From an uncultured Bacilli bacterium (lineage in GTDB: Bacteria; Bacillota_I; Bacilli_A; RFN20; CAG-826): 34,953 nucleotides of DNA. Below are positions 8,211-16,723 of the stretch, one piece after another. The number at the start of each line of letters is the position of its first letter. Position 1 is the first letter of the stretch. Made by a program: the position numbers and the translations under genes. The notes beneath the pieces are model-generated. The model was not told the origin of the DNA. It saw only the letters and a list, made by a program, of their open reading frames with translations, and did not search any database. The DNA is taken from contig CAUWDL010000001.1 in the NCBI GenBank assembly GCA_963557285.1, forward strand, positions 1 through 34,953. Reading direction: 5' to 3'.

Positions 8211-9449
8211 TTAATTGTGACCTTTTAATCCACAAATTAATTGATCTCTTAGATTTTCCTTTAACTTAAGGTATTTTAAATCATCATATTTCGAACTTAC
8301 AATTGCTACATGATAAATGCCATCTTCTTCATAATAAATAGCATCATAATCTTTAGATAGATCATATATACACAAATCATTGAAATCCTTATTTTTAAAA
8401 TATTTTATTAATTCTTTATCATCATCAGAATTGATTATATATTCATTAATTTCAAAATCTTTGCTTACGTTATACACATAGTAATATTCTTGATTTAAAT
8501 AAGCAATCGAAATCAATTCATACATAGAATAATTAGGATTGTTTTTAGCTATAATTTTTAACGCATCCAATAGAGTTTTTCCATCACCTAATATTTTAAT
8601 GAAATCATCATTCACCTGAGCCTTAGTTTTTGGTAATACATGAGAAGATAAATATGCATTAACAAATTGATTATCGTAAAAAGCATTAAGTACAGGTAAC
8701 TTTGTATAAATTTCAAGATATCCGATAAGATGTTTTAAAGCCGCTATAACTTCAGAATCTGATAAATCATAGTAACGGTGTTTTTTATTATGAAGTCTCA
8801 TATCAATATAAAATTCATAATCACCTTTTCTAGTACTAGCATTTTCATGAAAATTACAAATTTTATTAATAGCATAAGTCATATAATGAACATTTATAGG
8901 CAAAACAAAATTTAAATCATCTTTTTTAAAATATTTATTAAGTTCATCAAGTGAGACATCAACATCATATTCATCTTCTGTTAATCTATCTTTATATATA
9001 ATTAAATTTCCAGTTGGTGTATATACACTTATTTTTTCAATAAAATTAGTGATATATTTTTTATCTTTATCGAGCATTTCATCTTTTACTTTTAGAGTTG
9101 ATGCAATACGGCCTGGCACGATTCTTGATAAATCAGAAATAAAATCATTATAGAAATCTGGATAGTGTGAATAGCCATTAAAATCAAGAATTTCATAATT
9201 ATCAAAAGTAATTTTTATTCTATAATCAATTTCATCTTGTACCTTAAAAGGATACATTGAATCAACTGTTAAATTATGAAAATCATATTTTGCAAATATA
9301 GCTTGAACAGCTTCTTTATTTAAAGAAAAAGTTTTATTATCTTTTCTAATTTTAAAAATATAAACACCTTCCTCTAATTCAAGTGAATAGGCTCTCATTT
9401 TGTCCTTATTACCTAATTCACGGTATTCAAACTTCAAAACATTTATCAT
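8211..9449 (-). CDS. hypothetical protein (no recognisable domain)
   Basis: 412-aa ORF with an AGAGGAAAA SD and a TATAAT just upstream. It is acidic and rich in Y/N/K/D, with no TM segments and no motif I recognise. Confidence 0.6.
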   Translation of the reverse strand: MINVLKFEYRELGNKDKMRAYSLELEEGVYIFKIRKDNKTFSLNKEAVQAIFAKYDFHNLTVDSMYPFKVQDEIDYRIKITFDNYEILDFNGYSHYPDFYNDFISDLSRIVPGRIASTLKVKDEMLDKDKKYITNFIEKISVYTPTGNLIIYKDRLTEDEYDVDVSLDELNKYFKKDDLNFVLPINVHYMTYAINKICNFHENASTRKGDYEFYIDMRLHNKKHRYYDLSDSEVIAALKHLIGYLEIYTKLPVLNAFYDNQFVNAYLSSHVLPKTKAQVNDDFIKILGDGKTLLDALKIIAKNNPNYSMYELISIAYLNQEYYYVYNVSKDFEINEYIINSDDDKELIKYFKNKDFNDLCIYDLSKDYDAIYYEEDGIYHVAIVSSKYDDLKYLKLKENLRDQLICGLKGHN

Positions 9450-9576
9450 TATATTTTCCTCTTTGAAATTATAATATCACTAATACGTCAATTATCAATA
9501 TTTAAGCCTGAAAAAAGCATATTAATATTCGAAAATAAATTTAAAACTTTAATTTAAGCCTTTATCGATCATAAAA

Positions 9577-9954
9577 TTATAAATTTGTGTTTTTAATATA
9601 ATTTAACAAGCACAAGAATGTCTCATCGCTAAGATCGTGTTCAATCTTGCAAGCATCTTCTTCTGCTACATCTTTTCTTACTCCGATGTTAACAAGGAAA
9701 TAAGTCAATGTGTCATGTTTTACTAATGTGCTTTCAGCAACATGTGTTCCCTTATCAGTTAAGGTTATTTCGCCAGTTTTTTTGTCAAAAACGATATAAC
9801 CTTTTTCTTGTAATTTTTTAATAGCAACGCTAACGCTAGGCTTGGAATAATTCATAAATTGAGCAATATCAATTTGCCTTACAACACCTTGTTGCCTTTT
9901 TATCATTAAGATTTTTTCTAAATAGTCTTCTTCAGACTTATTTCTATTATCCAT
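9577..9954 (-). CDS. mntR: DtxR/MntR-family metal-dependent transcriptional regulator
   Basis: 125 aa with an N-terminal EDYLE and a winged HTH (IAQFMNYSKPSVSVAIKKLQEKGYI). The metal-site-like KH...EEDACKIEHDLS is also present. A GGAGGA SD is present. Confidence 0.8.
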   Translation of the reverse strand: MDNRNKSEEDYLEKILMIKRQQGVVRQIDIAQFMNYSKPSVSVAIKKLQEKGYIVFDKKTGEITLTDKGTHVAESTLVKHDTLTYFLVNIGVRKDVAEEDACKIEHDLSDETFLCLLNYIKNTNL

Positions 9955-10017
9955 GATAAGTCCTCCACTTATTATTTTTTCTAATTATAATAAATTTTTG
10001 CAAGAAATAAAATACCT

Positions 10018-10597
10018 TTATATTATTTGCATCGCTTGTAATAAAAATTTAATAGCTAGTGCAATAAAAATAATACCACTTATAAACGGAGCAACTTTTT
10101 CAATTTTACTTCCAATCTTTTTGCCAAGTATTAATGTAATAAACGAAGTAGCAAAAGTTACTATTCCTATAATCGAAAAAGTTATCATTGCATTCGATAT
10201 AGATAAATCAACATTAATAAATCCAATCGTTAGAGCATCAATTGACGTTGCAATACCTTGAATTATAATTTCAAATAAACCTAAATGCTTTTTTTCATCA
10301 CTTTCTTTATTTTTTACTAAATATTTCTTTTAAACCATCATAAATAGATTTTAATCCTAGCAATAATAATACGGCAAAAGCAATCCAAGATATATAATCA
10401 GAAATATAATCTTTTATAATATATCCTAAAAAATATCCTATAACCGGCATTAAGAATTGGCATAATCCAAAATAAAAAGGGACGCCAATAGATTTCACTC
10501 TAGACATTTGGCTATCTTTAATGCCATCACTAGCTGATGCACACATCGCATCGACAGACATTGATAACGCTAAAATAAAAGCAGTTAAATAATCCAT
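10018..10597 (-). pseudogene. mntP: manganese efflux pump MntP (DUF204 x2), disrupted by a +1 nt frameshift in an A6 run
   Basis: The N-terminal half (10307-10597, 96 aa) ends at TAA right after AGTAAAAAA. The C-terminal half (ESDEKKHLGLFEIIIQGIATSIDALTIGF...LLQAMQII, stop 10018-10020) is open in the +1 frame with no start codon of its own. Deleting one A of the run at 10310-10315 restores a single ORF of about 190 aa. Confidence 0.75.
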
Positions 10598-10623
10598 AAA
10601 TACCTCTAACCTTGTACAATTAA

Positions 10624-10653
10624 TAAAAACGTCCTTTAAATAGGACGTTTTTT
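10624..10653. terminator. rho-independent terminator after proS (symmetric A-run/T-run)
   Basis: AAAAACGTCC-tttaaata-GGACGTTTTT, located 17 nt beyond the proS stop. Confidence 0.8.
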
Positions 10654-10669
10654 AATGCAAATTTATTTT

Positions 10670-12097
10670 TTAATAAGCTTTTGCAAATAGAACTACATAT
10701 TTAGCTTCTTTGCCACATACAGGACAATGGTCATCAAAAGCTACTTGATCAAATGGAATGCATCTAGCTGTTGCATTAGTGATTTCCTTAATCTTATCTT
10801 CGCAAGCTCTATCACCACACCACATCATTTTACAATATCCACCTTCATTGACGATTTTTTGAACTTCTTCGAAAGTATGTGCTTCTTTAATATTTGCTAA
10901 AAGATTTTTCAAAGCTGCTGAATACATTTCCTTATGAATTGCAGCTAATAAATCTTTAACTGTTGATTCAATATTGCTTAAATCATATTTTGATTTTGTA
11001 CCATCGTTTCTTTTGTGTATCATACAAGAATTATTAGCTAAATCTTTTGGTCCAACTTCAATTCTTAATGGTACTCCCTTCATTTCATATTCGCTAAATT
11101 TCCATCCAGGAGTTTTGTCACTATCATCGAGTTTTACTCTAAATCCAGCTTTTTCTAAAATCTCTTTTATTTCTTTTGCCTTTGATAAAACTCCTGGTTC
11201 ATTCATTTTAATTGGTACAATTACTACTTGAATTGGCGCGACATAAGGTGGTAAGACTAATCCATTATCATCACCATGAACCATAATAATAGAGCCGATT
11301 AATCTTGTAGAAACACCCCAACTTGTTTGATATGGGTTTTTAATTTTTCCATCTTTATCTAAATATTGGATTCCAAACGCTTTGCTAAAGCCATTTCCGA
11401 AATAATGAGTTGTTCCGCTTTGTAAAGCTTTACCATCATGCATTAAAGCTTCAATTGTATATGTCTCTAATGCGCCTGCAAATTTTTCTTTTTCGGTTTT
11501 TCTACCTTTAACAAATGGGATTGCAAGTAAATCTCTTCCCATTTTGTCGTATATATCTAGCATTCTTAATGTTTCTTGTCGTGCTTCATCTTCACTTGCA
11601 TGCATTGTATGGCCTTCTTGCCATAAAAATTCACTTCCACGTAAGAAAGGTCTAGTTGTTTTTTCCCATCTAACAACTGAACACCATTGATTATATAATT
11701 TAGGCAAATCACGATATGATTTAATTATATGCGAATAATGTTCACAAAACAGACATTCACTTGTTGGTCTAATGATTAATTTATCTTGAAGTTCTTGGCC
11801 ACCACCTTGAGTAGCAATTAAACATTCAGGAGCAAAACCTGCAACATGATCTTTTTCTTTTTGAAATAACGATTCATTAATTACCATTGGCAAATAAACG
11901 TTTTCATGTCCAGTCTTTTTAAATTCTTTATTTAAATAATTTTGTATTTCTTCCCAAATTGCATATCCATATGGTCTATAAATTATGAAGCCTTTTACTT
12001 CCGAATAGTCCATTAATTCAGCTTTTTTACAAACATCTGTATACCATTGTGCAAAATCTTCATCTCTACTAGTAATTGATTTGTTCTTAATATCCAT
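10670..12097 (-). CDS. proS: prolyl-tRNA synthetase (class II, archaeal/eukaryote-like type without the insertion editing domain)
   Basis: 475 aa with N-terminus FAQWYTDV..., class II motifs and a C-terminal Zn-like CPVCG. A GAGGAAA SD is present. Confidence 0.9.
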   Translation of the reverse strand: MDIKNKSITSRDEDFAQWYTDVCKKAELMDYSEVKGFIIYRPYGYAIWEEIQNYLNKEFKKTGHENVYLPMVINESLFQKEKDHVAGFAPECLIATQGGGQELQDKLIIRPTSECLFCEHYSHIIKSYRDLPKLYNQWCSVVRWEKTTRPFLRGSEFLWQEGHTMHASEDEARQETLRMLDIYDKMGRDLLAIPFVKGRKTEKEKFAGALETYTIEALMHDGKALQSGTTHYFGNGFSKAFGIQYLDKDGKIKNPYQTSWGVSTRLIGSIIMVHGDDNGLVLPPYVAPIQVVIVPIKMNEPGVLSKAKEIKEILEKAGFRVKLDDSDKTPGWKFSEYEMKGVPLRIEVGPKDLANNSCMIHKRNDGTKSKYDLSNIESTVKDLLAAIHKEMYSAALKNLLANIKEAHTFEEVQKIVNEGGYCKMMWCGDRACEDKIKEITNATARCIPFDQVAFDDHCPVCGKEAKYVVLFAKAY

Positions 12098-12108
12098 TTT
12101 TTATTTCC

Positions 12109-13839
12109 TCATTTCTTGTACATATTTAATAGTTTCTTTTGAACTTTTCTATCTAAAGGTAAAAGCATTGGTGAACTTTCTGAAATAACCTTATTAGAGA
12201 ATAAGTATACTCCACTTTTAACTAAAAGTTCAATCTCACTCCAACTCTCAGCATCAACACTTACAATTGGCAACTTGTATCTTATCAATTTATCAAGCAA
12301 CGATCTTGTAGCCAAATAATCTTTGCTTTCATTCCTTGATTTATTCGGTGAATGAGTATCTATTAAAAAGCCATCAAATAAGCTATATGTTTGATTACGC
12401 AAATTATAATCACCATATTTCATTTTTATATATATTTCATAATCTTTTGATTGTAAATTTTTTAAACTCATAAGTAATTCATTATCAGTTTCTCTATCTA
12501 CCATATCATTGTTATCGATTATAATTCCAATCTTTGTGTTTGTTGCCAAATTCATATGAGGCAAGCTTCTTAAAATGTAAGGAATTTCGTGAATTTTTGC
12601 ATAAAAATACAATCTATAATTATTATTATCTTTTTCATTATTAAAAGTTGGAATCATTTTTCTAGCTATCATAGTAAATAATTCTTTATCTAAATTATAT
12701 TTAAGAGCATATGATTTAACATCGTTTATATTTCTAAAGAAAGATCCTCTTGGTCTTACTGAAGCAATATATCCTTGAGTCAATATACGTTTATTCGCGA
12801 TTTTAACTAAAGGTAAATATTCTATTGAAATCAATTGCATTTTGATAATCTTTGTGACTTCAGCCTTATAATTTTCTTCAACATTTCTACTTTCGTTATT
12901 TTCATTTTTAAATAGCAAACTTTGTTTTCCACTATCATGTAAAAGTCGTGCGCAATTTCTAAGGGTCTCATGAGCCTTCATAAAATCATTATCAAGCTCG
13001 GATGCTTTGCTTCCAACAATTGTAAAGTTATATGATTTATTATAACCATGAATTTCTAAAACTTCATTTATAGTGTTAATCGTTTGCTTTATTTCTTTAG
13101 AGGCTTGATACTCGTTTTGTTGCTTTGTGCTCAAGATAGTAAATTCTAAAGGATTATCATTGTTAAACATTACATAGTAATTTAACGCGCTTTTATTTTT
13201 ATAAATCGCATTAGTTATTATATAACGATATTCATATTCATTTATTCGTAAGTTTCCTTCAGGCTTCCTATAAAATCTAATAACATATAAACTTCCTTTT
13301 TGAAATAACCCATGCGCATAAAAACGAGCAATTTCACTCATTTGAAAGATAGCTTTTTTAAAAACACCTTTTTTCATTTTATTATATTCGCTAGGTAAAT
13401 TATTAAGTAAAGTTGAATCTAAATAAATTAATCCTTTTTCTTTGTCTACAAGCGTAGCCTTAAACATAATTCTTGAACAGTATGTTCTCTTATTACTTTT
13501 TAATCGTACGTCTGTTACGAAAATAGCTTTATCATTGCTTAAAATTTCAGTCTCTCCAGCAACATCTAAAAGCCAAGAGTTTAATTTATTTTTTTCACAT
13601 TCTTCGAACTTTTGTAAAAATTCTTCATAACTAATTTTATTTACTTCTTTCAAATCTCGAAAATTAAAAAATTCTACAGTTTGCGATTTAAAATCAATAA
13701 TAAAAGTCCTATTTATAGTAAATTTCTTTTTTAAATTGTCTTCATAAATTTGCTCATTTCGCTTGGCATAAAAAATATAGGCACCTATGAAAAGCAGAAG
13801 CAAACTGATAATTACAACACTAAAAATCAAGAAAGTCAT
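12109..13839 (-). CDS. membrane-anchored protein with a degenerate (catalytically dead) EAL-like domain
   Basis: Preferred start is ATG 13839 (MTFLIFSVVIISLLLLFIGAYIFY, a single TM segment). The ORF is open to 13944, but that would overlap the tRNA promoter. The C-terminal roughly 240 aa align by eye to the EAL fold, with EAL replaced by ASV, DDFG by KYGD and EGVE by VDAE. Confidence 0.55.
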   Translation of the reverse strand: MTFLIFSVVIISLLLLFIGAYIFYAKRNEQIYEDNLKKKFTINRTFIIDFKSQTVEFFNFRDLKEVNKISYEEFLQKFEECEKNKLNSWLLDVAGETEILSNDKAIFVTDVRLKSNKRTYCSRIMFKATLVDKEKGLIYLDSTLLNNLPSEYNKMKKGVFKKAIFQMSEIARFYAHGLFQKGSLYVIRFYRKPEGNLRINEYEYRYIITNAIYKNKSALNYYVMFNNDNPLEFTILSTKQQNEYQASKEIKQTINTINEVLEIHGYNKSYNFTIVGSKASELDNDFMKAHETLRNCARLLHDSGKQSLLFKNENNESRNVEENYKAEVTKIIKMQLISIEYLPLVKIANKRILTQGYIASVRPRGSFFRNINDVKSYALKYNLDKELFTMIARKMIPTFNNEKDNNNYRLYFYAKIHEIPYILRSLPHMNLATNTKIGIIIDNNDMVDRETDNELLMSLKNLQSKDYEIYIKMKYGDYNLRNQTYSLFDGFLIDTHSPNKSRNESKDYLATRSLLDKLIRYKLPIVSVDAESWSEIELLVKSGVYLFSNKVISESSPMLLPLDRKVQKKLLNMYKK

Positions 13840-13951
13840 TGCGCTTTCGTTATTACTTCTTGCCAAAAAGACGAATTGAACATTCATACATGTTATTTTA
13901 TAACAAAACCTAGTAAATCTCAATTTTATATATATTTCACGCAAATTTCTT

Positions 13952-13959
13952 TGTATAAT
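13952..13959 (+). promoter_or_regulatory. extended -10 promoter (TGTATAAT) for tRNA-Ser
   Basis: TGnTATAAT-type element ending 9 nt before the mature tRNA 5' end. Confidence 0.55.
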
Positions 13960-13968
13960 ATTTCGTAT

Positions 13969-14057
13969 GGAGAAATACCCAAGAGGCTGAAGGGGTCAGT
14001 TTCGAAAACTGATAGAGGTGAAAGCCTGCGGGGGTTCAAATCCCCCTTTCTCCGCCA
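13969..14057 (+). tRNA. tRNA-Ser (anticodon CGA), class II with long variable arm, CCA encoded
   Basis: The acceptor GGAGAAA pairs with TTTCTCC, followed by G and CCA. The anticodon stem is TCAGT/ACTGA with loop TTCGAAA. The T arm is GGGGG-TTCAAAT-CCCCC and the variable arm is 17 nt. Confidence 0.9.
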
Positions 14058-14070
14058 TTAATAAGATTTA

Positions 14071-14111
14071 AAAAAACGTAGTTCATTATCATTGCACGAA
14101 CTACGTTTTTT
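14071..14111. terminator. bidirectional rho-independent terminator (tRNA-Ser / nfnB)
   Basis: AAAAAACGTAGTTC-13 nt loop-GAACTACGTTTTTT, with an A-run and T-run on either side. It lies between convergent tRNA-Ser and nfnB. Confidence 0.85.
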
Positions 14112-14112
14112 A

Positions 14113-15528
14113 TTACTTTCCTTGAATTTCTTCGTCAATAGCTTTTGCAGCAGCTTTTCCAGCACCCATAGCAAGGATAACAGTTGCAGCTCCGGTTACT
14201 GCGTCACCACCGGCATATACATGTTCACGACTTGTAAGTCCGGTTTCTTCTTTTGTAATGATACACCCATGAGGATTTGTTTCTAAGCCTTCAGTCGTTT
14301 GTTTAATCAATGGATTTGGTGATGTTCCGATTGAACAAATTACACAATCTACATCGATATCTTTATATTTACCAGTTCCGATTGGCTTTCTTCTTCCACT
14401 AGCATCAGGTTCACCTAATTCCATAACTTCGACTTTTATTTTTGAAACTAAATGTGTTTCAAGATCACCAATGATTTCGACAGGATTATTTAATAATTGG
14501 AAATCCACTCCTTCTTCCATTGCATGATGAACTTCTTCTTTTCTTGCAGGCAATTCTTCAAGACTTCTTCTGTAAATAATATAAACATGCTCAGCACCTA
14601 ATCTTAAAGCGCATCTCGCTGCGTCCATTGCTACATTTCCGCCGCCAATAACAGCGACATTTTTAGCTTTTTCAATAGGTGTTTCGCTATCTTCTAGATA
14701 AGCTTTCATTAAATTTGTTCTAGTTAAATATTCATTAGCTGAATAAACGCCTTTTAAATTTTCACCAGGAATTCCTAAAAATCTTGGTAATCCAGCACCA
14801 GATCCTATAAAAATAGCTTCAAATCCATATTCTTTTTGTAATTCATCAATAGTAATTACTCTACCTACAACCATGTTAGTTTCTACTTTTACGCCAAGTG
14901 CTTTTAGTCCATCTACTTCACGTTGAACAATTGTTTTTGGCAATCTAAATTCTGGAATACCATAAACAAGAACACCACCGGCTAAATGTAACGCTTCAAA
15001 AATTGTTACATCATATCCTTTTTTAGCTAAATCACCAGCACAAGTCAAACCTGATGGTCCAGATCCTATAACGGCAACTTTATGTCCATTTGGAGCTGGT
15101 TTTTTAATGTCTTCTGGCTTTGAATGGGCATTATGATAATCAGCGACAAATCTTTCTAGTCTTCCTATTGCAACTGGTTCAGAACCAGGTCTAAGGCCAC
15201 GTGTACATTTCATTTCACATTGAGTTTCTTGAGGACAAACTCTGCCACATACTGCTGGTAAAGAACTCGATTCAGAAATTATATTATATGCTTCTTCAAA
15301 ATTTCCTAATGCAACTTGATGTATAAATCCTGGAATATTAATGTTTACAGGACAATGAGCAATACAAGGAGTATTTGGGCATCCTAAACACCTTTTAGCT
15401 TCATCAATGGCCATTTCAGCGGTATATCCTTCAGCAACTTCTTTAAAATTATGTGCTCTGACTTTTGGATCTTGACTTGGCATTGGATTTTTTTTCATTG
15501 CCATATTAGGCTTATATTCTTTAAACAT
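14113..15528 (-). CDS. nfnB: NADH-dependent reduced ferredoxin:NADP+ oxidoreductase large subunit (GltD-like, 2x[4Fe-4S] + FAD)
   Basis: 471 aa with Cys clusters CLGCPNTPCIAHCP and CGRVCPQETQCEMKC, plus VAVIGSGPSGL and VAVIGGGNVAMD Rossmann motifs. It overlaps the nfnA stop by 1 nt (TAATG). Confidence 0.85.
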   Translation of the reverse strand: MFKEYKPNMAMKKNPMPSQDPKVRAHNFKEVAEGYTAEMAIDEAKRCLGCPNTPCIAHCPVNINIPGFIHQVALGNFEEAYNIISESSSLPAVCGRVCPQETQCEMKCTRGLRPGSEPVAIGRLERFVADYHNAHSKPEDIKKPAPNGHKVAVIGSGPSGLTCAGDLAKKGYDVTIFEALHLAGGVLVYGIPEFRLPKTIVQREVDGLKALGVKVETNMVVGRVITIDELQKEYGFEAIFIGSGAGLPRFLGIPGENLKGVYSANEYLTRTNLMKAYLEDSETPIEKAKNVAVIGGGNVAMDAARCALRLGAEHVYIIYRRSLEELPARKEEVHHAMEEGVDFQLLNNPVEIIGDLETHLVSKIKVEVMELGEPDASGRRKPIGTGKYKDIDVDCVICSIGTSPNPLIKQTTEGLETNPHGCIITKEETGLTSREHVYAGGDAVTGAATVILAMGAGKAAAKAIDEEIQGK

Positions 15529-16376
15529 TATTTAGCCTCCTTTTTGAAAAGATTGCATTTAGCTTCATCGTAAACTTTCTTTTCAAATGCTTTATACATT
15601 GTTCCTCTTTGCATAGCTTCATCAAAATCAACTTCATAAGCATTAAAATCAGGACCATCGACACATGCAAATTTTGTCTTTCCGCCAACAGTTAATCTAC
15701 AACAGCCGCACATTCCTGTTCCATCAATCATAATTGGATTCATCGAGCATACACATTCTGGTACACCATATTTTTTGCAAGTTTGAGTAACAAACTTCAT
15801 CATAATAACTGGCCCAATGCAAATTACTTTATCAAATTTCTCACCTTTGGATAGAAGTTCTTCTAACGGTACGCAAACATTACCTTTATTTCCATTCGAA
15901 CCATCATCTGTCATTTCATAATATTTTCCATTTGCGGCTTTAGAAAATTCATCATGAAGAATAATTAAATCCTTATTTCTAAATCCAGTAATTGCCGTTA
16001 CATCTTTACCTAAATCACCAAATGCTTTCGCGATTGGATAAGCAATAGCAGTTCCTAGCCCACCTCCAACTACACAAACTTTTTCTCCTGTAAGCTCAGT
16101 TGGTCTACCAAGTGGTCCAACAAAATCATGCAAACAATCACCTTGTTCTAATTTATTTAGCTTATAAGTAGATGCTCCTACAATTTGAAAGATAATTGTT
16201 ACAGTACCTTTTTCTCTATCAAATCCACCAACAGTTAACGGAATTCTCTCCGAATTCTCATCGGCTCTTAATATTATAAATTGCCCTGGTTGAGCTTTTC
16301 TAGCGATTGCTGGTGCTTCAATTTCAAACAGTGTTTCTGTTGGATTGAATACGTGTTTTCTAACAATTTTATACAT
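15528..16376 (-). CDS. nfnA: NfnA small subunit (dihydroorotate-dehydrogenase-electron-transfer-like FAD/[2Fe-2S] protein)
   Basis: 282 aa with a ferredoxin-reductase-type FAD/NAD fold and a C-terminal CGCCR...C cluster. It is paired with the GltD-like subunit. Confidence 0.8.
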   Translation of the reverse strand: MYKIVRKHVFNPTETLFEIEAPAIARKAQPGQFIILRADENSERIPLTVGGFDREKGTVTIIFQIVGASTYKLNKLEQGDCLHDFVGPLGRPTELTGEKVCVVGGGLGTAIAYPIAKAFGDLGKDVTAITGFRNKDLIILHDEFSKAANGKYYEMTDDGSNGNKGNVCVPLEELLSKGEKFDKVICIGPVIMMKFVTQTCKKYGVPECVCSMNPIMIDGTGMCGCCRLTVGGKTKFACVDGPDFNAYEVDFDEAMQRGTMYKAFEKKVYDEAKCNLFKKEAK

Positions 16377-16723
16377 CGTTATACTCCTTTTAAATACGTA
16401 TAAATTATATGCTTTTTTAGCATAAAAATAAACCTGTATTAGAGACTATAAAAGTAAGAAAAACCCTTTTGTCAAAAAGTAAATAAATTGATAAATTAAA
16501 TGCAATTAAAATAAAATAAAATTGCAAAAATTGCATTTTTTCCTGCAAAAATTTGAAAAAGTTTTTTTAAAAAAAGGAAATTAAAGATTAAAAAGCATTA
16601 TAAAACTATTTAGTCTATAAGCATAATTATTAAATAAATTTTGCTAACAATAAAAGTGAAATCACTTATAATAAAAGAGATTTTTACCATTTAAAAACTA
16701 TTTAAATAACAAATAAAAAAGTT

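Noticed and set aside
9953-10261. 102-aa plus-strand ORF between mntR and the mntP N-terminal half
   Set aside because: It is the antisense shadow of the C-terminal half of mntP. The minus strand encodes a clear DUF204 repeat (QGIATSIDALTIGF...).
10598-10669. Possible yybP-ykoY Mn riboswitch upstream of mntP, and a T-box upstream of proS (12098-12108)
   Set aside because: The spacers are only 72 nt (mostly occupied by the proS terminator) and 11 nt. Both are far too short for either RNA.
13750-14061. 103-aa plus-strand ORF, and the 64-aa ORF at 14092-14286
   Set aside because: The first runs through the tRNA-Ser gene and antisense to the EAL-like gene. The second is antisense to nfnB and starts inside the terminator. 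Both are spurious.
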